A stretch of 64,000 bases of DNA, taken from assembly GCA_034189385.1 (NCBI GenBank), contig JAXHVD010000002.1, positions 160,001-224,000 of the forward strand, given 5' to 3'. The first letter of the stretch is position 1. Each line of letters starts with the position of its first letter. Of this stretch, positions 45,463-54,100 are shown in pieces. The notes under the pieces were generated by a model, which had not been told where the DNA came from, searched no databases, and saw only the letters and a program-made list of their open reading frames with translations. The stretch is from Thermodesulfobacteriota bacterium. Its GTDB lineage: Bacteria > Desulfobacterota > Desulfobacteria > Desulfobacterales > C00003060. The position numbers and the translations under genes are program-made.

Positions 45463-47139
45463 ATGAACATGAGATGGATGAAACGTTTTGAAGCCAATAT
45501 CTGGCAGCGGTTGCGCCTGATGGCTTCAAAGCACACCTCGCCCCCTGTATTTCCGTGTCTTCATAATATTCCAACGATTTCTACTGGCACGAAGCCCCTG
45601 ATTTTATGTTCCCTCATTCTGTGCATGGCTCTGTTTTTTGTTGTGGGTTGCCGTGAGGAGGCAGCCGATAGGTCGGCCCTTTTGGGAAAGAGCAAGTCAA
45701 CGGTCGTGGCCTTGATCGGTGAGGAGGAGATCACAAGAGAGGATCTTGAACAGGATCTGAAGCAGATACCGGAGCAGAAACATCAGGCTCTGCAGAAGAA
45801 GATCCTGGACGATTTGATCGAGGCCAGGGTCTTTGCCAGGGAGGCAAGAAAGGCGGGTCTTCATGAAGACCCTGAGATTATGGAATCGTTGAAAAAGACG
45901 ACAAAGGAAACGTTGGCAAGAAATTTTGTCAGGAGACATGTGGACAAAGAGGCTGAGCCCTCAGAAGAGGAACAACGGAAGTATTACGACGAACACATGG
46001 ACCAGTTCCTGGTCCCCGATGGTGTCATGCTTCGGCAGATCGTGCTGAAGGAAAAGGAGCAAGCCGAGGCGGTCCTAAAAGAGCTGAAGGAGGGGGCCCC
46101 CTTCGAGGAGCTGGCCAGAAAAAGATCGATTGGCCGCGCATGGAAGACGGGGGGGCGCCTTGGCTGGCGCTTTAAAGGGAGGATGGACCCGGCACTCGAA
46201 GAGGTGGCGTTTGGCCTGGAAAAGAGCGAGCTCAGTGACATTATTAAGACAGGGGAAGGGTATGAGATCATCGAGGTGTTGAACAAAAGCGATCAAGGTC
46301 AGAGGCCCTTTGAAGAGGCAAAGCCTCACATACGCACCGGCCTGTTTAGGGACAAAAAGAACGCCCTTGTCCATGAGTTATACAAAGAGGCCGGGGTGGA
46401 CATCGATCCCGCTGAAGATGGCGTGCTGGCCAAGGTAGGAGACGATGCCTTAACGGAAGAGACCCTTGCCCCTATCCTAGCCAAGGCTTCAGAAGAGCAA
46501 CAAAAAGAGGTCAGGCGGCGATGGGTTCAGTATTTCATAGACACAACCGTCTTCTCAAAGGAGGCAAGAAAGATCCGCCTTGAAGACGATCCCGAGGTGG
46601 CCCGGGAGATCCGAAGAAAAACAGACCGGATACTGGCCACGGCCTTTCGGAAGAGGTTTATCGGGGAAAAAACGCAGATCAGCGACAAGGAGATAGCCGA
46701 CTATTACCAGTCCCACCCTGGGCAATTTACGACTCCTCCTCTGGTAAGGGTAGAAGCCATCTTGGTCGAGACCAGGCAGGAGGCTGAAGAGATCGTGAAA
46801 GAACTAAAGGCCGGTGCCGGTTTTGCGGCCTTGGCTGCCAGGGAGTCGCTCTACCCTAATGCGGCTTCAAGGGCCGGAGAGATTGGCTGGTTTGGCAAGG
46901 GAGAAAGGGACCCTGCTCTGGAAAAGGTAGCCTTCGCCATGGAGCCTGGGAAGATCAGCGACATCATCAAGACAGAGGCAGGCTTCGAGATCATCAAATT
47001 GATGGCAAAGAGAGGCGGGGAAACTAGGCCCTTTGATGAAGTAAAGCAGGACATAGAGATGAAGTTGATGGCGCAAAAACTAGCAGAAGAAAAGGAGCGT
47101 TATTACAAGGAGGCTGGGGTCAAAATCTTAGGCTTATAA
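45463..47139 (+). CDS. Lipoprotein with two PpiC/parvulin PPIase domains, paralog 2 (start uncertain)
   Basis: VVGC lipobox; colinear with 38329-39987. Confidence 0.88.
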   Translation: MNMRWMKRFEANIWQRLRLMASKHTSPPVFPCLHNIPTISTGTKPLILCSLILCMALFFVVGCREEAADRSALLGKSKSTVVALIGEEEITREDLEQDLKQIPEQKHQALQKKILDDLIEARVFAREARKAGLHEDPEIMESLKKTTKETLARNFVRRHVDKEAEPSEEEQRKYYDEHMDQFLVPDGVMLRQIVLKEKEQAEAVLKELKEGAPFEELARKRSIGRAWKTGGRLGWRFKGRMDPALEEVAFGLEKSELSDIIKTGEGYEIIEVLNKSDQGQRPFEEAKPHIRTGLFRDKKNALVHELYKEAGVDIDPAEDGVLAKVGDDALTEETLAPILAKASEEQQKEVRRRWVQYFIDTTVFSKEARKIRLEDDPEVAREIRRKTDRILATAFRKRFIGEKTQISDKEIADYYQSHPGQFTTPPLVRVEAILVETRQEAEEIVKELKAGAGFAALAARESLYPNAASRAGEIGWFGKGERDPALEKVAFAMEPGKISDIIKTEAGFEIIKLMAKRGGETRPFDEVKQDIEMKLMAQKLAEEKERYYKEAGVKILGL

Positions 47140-47194
47140 CAGGTTTCGTTAACAAGGGGCATGGCCTGCGTTATTTGCTGGCAAGAATGGGTGA

Positions 47195-47545
47195 GTGGAA
47201 GTTTTGGTAAAGCCGACGTCGCAAATTGAAAGAAGGGCATGCAAGAGATTTGGGCTAGAACTCCCCGTGCATATCGAGTGGAAGGACGTCTCGGGGGAAG
47301 TCATAGAAAGTGAAGGGGCCACGAAGGATATGAGTGCTTCCGGTGCCTTTGTGATCTGTCAGGAGATGATTGGCGTCAAGTGCCATGTCAATCTGAAGAT
47401 CGACCTGCCGATTGCCTTGGCAGGAGCCAGAAAAAGTCTTGTATCAGCCCGCGGAAGCGTTGTCACGAAAGAGACCATGACCGAGCCTGATGAGGGCTAT
47501 GGGCACAGGATCAAGTTTGACTATTTTTCCTTCAAGAGACTCTAA
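47195..47545 (+). CDS. PilZ-domain protein
   Basis: RRACKR and DMSASG motifs. Confidence 0.75.
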   Translation: MEVLVKPTSQIERRACKRFGLELPVHIEWKDVSGEVIESEGATKDMSASGAFVICQEMIGVKCHVNLKIDLPIALAGARKSLVSARGSVVTKETMTEPDEGYGHRIKFDYFSFKRL

Positions 47546-47568
47546 AGAACCCAACTTAAGTTTATGAA

Positions 47569-49047
47569 ATGAAAATACTAACGCTCAATCCGCCATTCTT
47601 GCCCAAGTTTTCAAGAGAGCAGCGAAGCCCTGCAGTCACCAAGAGCGGGTGCCTCTACTACCCCATGTGGTTGGCCTATGCAACAGGGGTTTTGGAAGAG
47701 GCGGGGTTTGATGTAAAGCTTGTGGACGCCCCAGCCCAGGGCAAAGGGATGAACGAGGTCATTGATGCTGCAAAGACCTTTCACCCTGAAATGGTGGTCC
47801 TCGACACCAGCACGCCGAGTATATACAATGATGTGGGTGTGGCTGCAAAAATCAAAGAGGTCCTGCCGGGCTGCACCACCGTCCTTGTGGGCCCCCATGT
47901 CTCGGCACTTCCCGAAGAAACCTTAAAGCTTGATCCCGCCATCGACGTCATCGCCCGGGGAGAATACGATTATACTGTCAGGGACCTGGCTCGGGCCGTG
48001 GAAGGGGGCAAAGATTTTGAAGACGTGGCAGGGATCACATTCCAACGAAATGGCACGATCCTTCATACCCAAGACCGGCCTTTGATCGATGACCTGGACA
48101 GCATCCCGCTGGTCAGCAAGGTGTATCAGAGGCACCTCAACGTGAGAGACTATTTTTATTCCATTTGCCAGTATCCGGAAATTGCCATTATTACTGGCAG
48201 GGGGTGCCCTCACCGTTGCACCTATTGCGTCTATCCGCAGACTTTTCAAGGAAGGCGGTATCGGCCAAGAAGCGCGGAGAACGTGGTGGAGGAATTTCTA
48301 TACATTGCCGAGACGTTCCCTTTCGTCAAGGAAATCTTCATTGAGGATGACACGTTTACTGTAAACAGAAAGCGATGCCACGAGATCTGCCGAAGACTGA
48401 TCCAAGCAGGAAGCCGGATTAGCTGGACCGCTAATGCCAGGGCAGACGTAGATTTTGAGACGTTGAGGCTGATGAAAGCGGCCGGTTGCAGACTTTTGTG
48501 CGTGGGGGTGGAGAGCGGAAATCAAAGAGTCCTGAACAACATCAAGAAGGGGCTTTCCCTGGAACAGATCAGGAGGTTCTTCAGGGACGCCAAAAGGGCC
48601 AGGGTCCTTGTGCACGGCTGTTTCTTGGTGGGCAACAAGGGGGAAACCCGACAGACCCTGGAAGAGACCCTCGATTTTGCCAAAGAGTTAAATCCTGACA
48701 CGGCCCAGTTCTTTCCCCTCATGGTCTATCCCGGCACTGAGGCCTATCGATGGGCAAAGGAAGAGAATCTGATTTTGACGGAGGATTACTCACAGTGGCT
48801 GACGGAGGAGGGTTTACATCACTGTGTCATAGAGCAACCAAGCCTTTCAAACGCTGAACTGGTGGCGTTTTGTGATAGGGCCCGGCGAGAGTTCTATCTG
48901 AGGCCTGGCTATTTTGTATGGAAACTCAGGCAGGTTTTACTTCATCCTTCGGAACTGGAGAGGACGGGCAAGTCATTAAAGACCTTCGTCAAGTACTTGC
49001 TAAGGGGAACTTTCGCTCAATCTCGCTTGGTGGCGGGGAGCACGTGA
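47569..49047 (+). CDS. B12-binding radical SAM protein (HpnJ-like subfamily)
   Basis: LNPPF...YYPMWLAY, RGEYD, RGCPHRCTYC, EDDTF, GVESG. Confidence 0.88.
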   Translation: MKILTLNPPFLPKFSREQRSPAVTKSGCLYYPMWLAYATGVLEEAGFDVKLVDAPAQGKGMNEVIDAAKTFHPEMVVLDTSTPSIYNDVGVAAKIKEVLPGCTTVLVGPHVSALPEETLKLDPAIDVIARGEYDYTVRDLARAVEGGKDFEDVAGITFQRNGTILHTQDRPLIDDLDSIPLVSKVYQRHLNVRDYFYSICQYPEIAIITGRGCPHRCTYCVYPQTFQGRRYRPRSAENVVEEFLYIAETFPFVKEIFIEDDTFTVNRKRCHEICRRLIQAGSRISWTANARADVDFETLRLMKAAGCRLLCVGVESGNQRVLNNIKKGLSLEQIRRFFRDAKRARVLVHGCFLVGNKGETRQTLEETLDFAKELNPDTAQFFPLMVYPGTEAYRWAKEENLILTEDYSQWLTEEGLHHCVIEQPSLSNAELVAFCDRARREFYLRPGYFVWKLRQVLLHPSELERTGKSLKTFVKYLLRGTFAQSRLVAGST

Positions 49048-49132
49048 CTGGACGATGACGATTGAGTCGTGACCAGAAGGACGGTCCCGGCCCAGAGCGG
49101 TAGAGAAAAAAATACTTTGTGGAGTATAATTT

Positions 49133-50179
49133 ATGGATATTTCAGTGATTGTGCCGGTTTTTAATGGCGGAAAAAAGATCGGGAAGTGCGTCGACGCCCT
49201 GAAGAGGCAGAAGACTGAAAGAACCTTTGAAATCATTGTCGTTGATGACGGATCAACAGACAGGAGCCTCCACGGAGTTGAAGGGAAGGGCATCAGGGTC
49301 TTTAAGCAACCGAATCAGGGCCCTGGGGCAGCACGAAACCTCGGGGTCGAGAAGGCCCTGGGCAAGATCATCCTTTTCACAGATGCCGATTGTGAGCCCC
49401 TGGAGGATTGGATTGACCAGATGGCGTGCCCCTTGGATAAGCCCTGCACCTCGGGAGTCAAGGGGTCCTATCTCACACGACAGAAAGGCCTCATTGCCCG
49501 CTTTGTTCAACTGGAATACGAAAGCAAATACGAAAGGATGAAAAGGGACCCTTCCATTGATTTTGTTGATACCTACGCAGCGGGCTTTATTAAGGAAGAT
49601 TTCTTGAAGGTGGGAAAATACGATGCGCGATTTCCTACGCCTTCTGTAGAGGACCAGGAGTTTTCCTTTCGCATGTGGGAAAAGGGTTACCGGATGGTCT
49701 TTAATCCCGAGGCCAAGGTCTTTCACACCCATTCGGACAGCCTTTGGAACTATATGAAAAAGAAGTTTCGGATCGGGTTCTGGAAAGCCCTCGTGTTGAA
49801 AAAACACCCGCAAAAGGTCTTCAGGGATTCCCACACCCCCCAATCGTTGAAGTTGGAGATGGTCCTTGCCATGCTGTTGTTGCTTTCCTTGTCCTTATTG
49901 CCAGTAATGGGCGCAAGCCTTTCTTTTGCCCTCTTTCCCCTGGCTGCTTTTCTGATAACGACTTCTCCTTTTGTCCTGAAACTCCTCGGGAAGGACCTGC
50001 CGGTGGCCCTTTTTTCGCCATTTCTTCTCTTTGCCCGGGCCCTTTCCTTGAGTTCTGGCCTCATTGCGGGGATGTATAAATTCTATGTTGTTGACTCAAG
50101 GGTTGGCAGTGGCGTGATTGATGACCGAGAAAACGGTCTCTGTGAAAAGGAGTATATGAGAAGCATGTCTTCTCAGTGA
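49133..50179 (+). CDS. GT2 glycosyltransferase with C-terminal TM helices
   Basis: ISVIVPVFN, VVDDGSTD, GAARN, FTDADC, VED. Confidence 0.92.
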   Translation: MDISVIVPVFNGGKKIGKCVDALKRQKTERTFEIIVVDDGSTDRSLHGVEGKGIRVFKQPNQGPGAARNLGVEKALGKIILFTDADCEPLEDWIDQMACPLDKPCTSGVKGSYLTRQKGLIARFVQLEYESKYERMKRDPSIDFVDTYAAGFIKEDFLKVGKYDARFPTPSVEDQEFSFRMWEKGYRMVFNPEAKVFHTHSDSLWNYMKKKFRIGFWKALVLKKHPQKVFRDSHTPQSLKLEMVLAMLLLLSLSLLPVMGASLSFALFPLAAFLITTSPFVLKLLGKDLPVALFSPFLLFARALSLSSGLIAGMYKFYVVDSRVGSGVIDDRENGLCEKEYMRSMSSQ

Positions 50180-50197
50180 GAGAGAGGTGACAGTCGA

Positions 50198-50863
50198 ATG
50201 CTTGAAAAAAGGATATTGGACATTGTCGTTTCCAGTGTGTTGATCATCCTGGCGTTGCCAGTCATGGCCCTGGTGGCCCTGTTGGTGAAACTCGACTCCC
50301 GTGGCCCGGCCATTTTTACACAGACCCGGATCGGTCAGGACCGCCGTCGGGCCAAGGCCTCTCGAGGGGGAGCAATGGCCCCTGCCTGTGACATGAGGGA
50401 AGAGGATCTGGGCGGAAAGCCCTTTACCATATACAAGTTTCGGACCATGGTCCAGGAGGCAGAGCAGCTCTTGCCTTGCCTCGTGAATCTGGGGGCCCTT
50501 AACGAGCCCGTTTACAAGCTACAAGATGATCCCAGGGTGACCCCCTTGGGAAGTCTTCTGAGGAAGGCCAGCCTGGATGAGCTTCCGCAACTGTTCAATG
50601 TGCTGAAAGGGGACATGAGCTTGGTGGGGCCACGGCCTGAAGCCATAGAAGTCGTGCAGCTTTATGAAAAGACGCATAAGAAACGGCTCCATGCCAAGCC
50701 TGGCCTTACGGGCTTGCAACAGGTCACCTGTCGCGGAACGCAATCCATGCAACAGAGGCTGAAGTACGACCTCTATTACATCAAGCACCGCTCTCTGCTG
50801 CTTGATCTTGGGATCCTCTTTAGGACGGTATTCGTTGTCATGATGGGTACTGGGGCCTTTTGA
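50198..50863 (+). CDS. Priming sugar-phosphate transferase (bacterial sugar transferase family)
   Basis: KRILDI, YKFRTM, DPRVT, SLDELPQ, MSLVGPRP, KPGLTG. Confidence 0.93.
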   Translation: MLEKRILDIVVSSVLIILALPVMALVALLVKLDSRGPAIFTQTRIGQDRRRAKASRGGAMAPACDMREEDLGGKPFTIYKFRTMVQEAEQLLPCLVNLGALNEPVYKLQDDPRVTPLGSLLRKASLDELPQLFNVLKGDMSLVGPRPEAIEVVQLYEKTHKKRLHAKPGLTGLQQVTCRGTQSMQQRLKYDLYYIKHRSLLLDLGILFRTVFVVMMGTGAF

Positions 50864-50899
50864 GTTGGGAGTCATTTAACCAAAAAGAGTGGAGGCGAG

Positions 50900-51094
50900 A
50901 TGTTCGGAATCGGCATGCCAGAGTTGATCATCATTATGGTCATCATCCTCATCATCTTTGGAGCTGGAAAACTCCCGGAGATCGGAAGCGGTATTGGCCA
51001 AGGGATCAAGAACTTTAAAAGAGCCACGTCAGGAGAGTTGGAAGAAAATACAGAAGCAAAAGAGATAGAAGGGCTAAAAGAGGAAAGAGCATAA
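50900..51094 (+). CDS. tatA: Twin-arginine translocase TatA/TatE-family subunit
   Basis: [12 protein letters not shown]...[20 protein letters not shown]. Confidence 0.93.
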   Translation: MFGIGMPELIIIMVIILIIFGAGKLPEIGSGIGQGIKNFKRATSGELEENTEAKEIEGLKEERA

Positions 51095-51107
51095 AAGAGG
51101 TGACGAG

Positions 51108-54100
51108 ATGGCGTCATCACATACGCGGTGGGAGGTCAGGCACGGCATCCAAATAGGTGTCGCGTCCTTCTTGTTAATCTGGGCGATCACCACAGCAGGC
51201 ATACCAAAGGCCTATGCTGTGACATACGAGCTCACTGGAGACGGATTGGGATTATCGCAAGGAAACCATGGCACCTCGTTGACGATATCGCCTGAATTGT
51301 CATTGTCCGCCCTCACCTGGGGAAACTGTTGCGGGTACCCTACAGGATACCCCGGAATCATCTATCTGCACCAGACAGACGGCACGGGCGTCCGGTGGGG
51401 AAGCACCGGATTGTCCTCAAAAAAGATCTCTGGCTGGGGAATAGGTCGCTACGAGTCGCTCATATTCGACTTTTCTTCAGGAGCAGACGCACAATCCATC
51501 ACCATCTGGATCAACGAGATTCATAAGCATGGCGGTCCATCTGGTTCTCCCGTGGACTTATGGGTCAAACCCTCTTCCGGATCGGCCTTTGAGATTGATG
51601 ATGTTTCATCATACCTTCATTATACAGATGGCGACACAGCCTACGTGGATTTTTCCGAGCTCTCCGACCTAAGCGGCGTGGGCTCCATCGAACGGGTCAT
51701 CGTAAGAGCGAACTACGGCTTTCATCTCTATATCAGTCGCATTGACTGCCAGCCTTTCACAGACGCTGACGGTGACGGCTATCCGGCAGATAATGACTGC
51801 AACGATGGCGATCCGAATATCAACCCCGGCGCCACGGAAATATGTAACGGGGTGGATGACAACTGTGACGGCGATATTGATGAAGGCTGTCCGATCTACT
51901 ACCGCGATGCCGATGGCGACGGTTTTGGGGATCCCGATGACACGACTACCGTTCCGCAGTCAGGCTATGTCAGCAATGGATCGGACTGTGACGATACCAA
52001 TGGAAGCATCTATCCCGGCGCCACCGAGTACTGTAACGGGGTGGATGACGATTGCGACGGGCAGACGGATGAAGGCTGCGCGCTGTGGTACCGTGACGGG
52101 GACGGTGATGGCTATGGCCATCTCACCGATTCGTCTACCTACCAGCACGACGATTACACCACGCACAACAACGGTGACTGCGACGACAGCGATTCTAGCA
52201 TCAATCCCGGCGCCACAGAGGTGTGTGACGGCATAGACAATAACTGCGACGGCCTGACAGATGAGGGCTGTACGATCTACTATCGAGATGGCGATGGCGA
52301 TGGTTATGGCGATTCCACGGACTCCCAGATAGCCACGAGCCCGCCATATGGCTATGTAGATAACGATGGTGACTGCGACGACAGCGATTCTAGCATCAAT
52401 CCCGGCGCCACAGAGGTGTGTGACGGCATAGACAACAACTGCGACGGCCTGACAGATGAGGGCTGTACGACCTACTATCGAGATGGCGATGGCGACGGCT
52501 ATGGCGATGTGACGGACTCCCAAATAGCCACCAGCCCGCCGTCCGGCTATGTGCCGAACTCCGATGACTGCGACGATACGGATGACACCATCTATCCTGG
52601 TGCTACCGAGGCCTGCAACGGCGTAGATGACGACTGTGATGGGGTAACGGATGAAAACTGTGCCATCATCACCTATTATAGGGATGCCGACGGTGACGGC
52701 TATGGCGATCCCATGGACTCCACTACAGGGACCACTCCCCCATCGGGCTATGTCGCTGACTCGAGCGACTGCGACGACAGCGATTCCAATGTCAATCCCG
52801 GGGCTACTGAACAGTGCAACGGCTACGATGACGACTGTGACTCGTTTACCGATGAGGGTTGCCCCCTTCTCTACTGGGATGGCGACAGCGACGGCTACGG
52901 CAATCCTGCCGGACCCACCACGAAGATTCCGCAGGCAGGCTATGTGGCTGACGCCAGTGACTGCGACGATACCAACGGGGCCATCCATCCGCTCGCGACA
53001 GAAGTGTGCAATGGCGTGGATGACAACTGTGACGGCAATACGGATGAAGGGTGTGCCACGTACTATCGGGATGCGGACGGTGACACGTACGGCGATTCTG
53101 GAGACTCTACGACGGCGACGAGTCAGCCGGCCGGTTATGTAGCCAATGCTGGTGACTGTGACGACACGAATAGTGCCATCAATCCGGGCGCGACAGAAGT
53201 TTGTAATGGTGTGGATGACAACTGTGATGGCAATACAGATGAAGGCTGCGCGACCTATTATCGGGATGCGGACGGTGACACGTACGGCGATTCTGGAGAC
53301 TCTACGACGGCGACGAGTCAGCCGGCCGGTTATGTAGCAAACGCTGGTGACTGTGACGACACGAATGGTGCCATCAATCCGGGTGCGACAGAAGTTTGTA
53401 ATGGTGTGGATGACAACTGTGATGGCAATACGGATGAAGGCTGCGCGACCTATTATCGGGATGCGGACGGTGACACGTACGGCGATCCTGGGGATTCCAC
53501 GATGGCGACGAGTCAGCCTGCGGGTTATGTAGCAAACGCTGGTGACTGTGACGACACGAATGGTGCCATCAATCCGGGTGCTACTGAAGTGTGCAATGGG
53601 GTAGATGACAACTGTGACGGCAATACGGATGAAGGGTGTGCCACTTACTATCGCGATGCGGACGGCGACACCTATGGCGATGCCGGAGACTCCACGGTGG
53701 CGACGAGCCAGCCAGCCGGCTATGTGACCGACTCCAGCGACTGCGACGACACGAATGGGGCCATCAATCCGGGTGCGACAGAAGTCTGCAACGGTGTGGA
53801 TGATAATTGCGATGGGAATACCGATGAGGGTTGCGTCACGTACTATCAGGATGCAGATAGCGACAGCTTTGGCAACTCTTCAGCCTCTCAAGTGGCCACC
53901 AGCCAGCCGGCGGGCTATGTGCCGACCCCGGGGGACTGCAACGACAATGACAATACCGTCTATCCAGGGGCCGCGGAACTCTGTGATGGCAAGGATAATG
54001 ACTGCGATACCCAGGTTGACGAGGGCTGCACCCTTCTTTACTGGGACGGCGATAGTGATGGCTGGGGAAATCCCGCTGGACCAACAAGCACAGTGCCGCA

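Noticed and set aside
50177..50198. Read-through fusion of GT2 and sugar transferase (same frame, one TGA)
   Set aside because: Not a conserved Cys position; downstream ATG has its own GAGGTG RBS; both proteins are complete
51960..52988. Long antisense and alternate-frame ORFs (also 26191-26835, 28675-29355, 30127-30921, 35936-36676)
   Set aside because: Shadows of well-supported genes or of the repeat array, with no recognisable motifs
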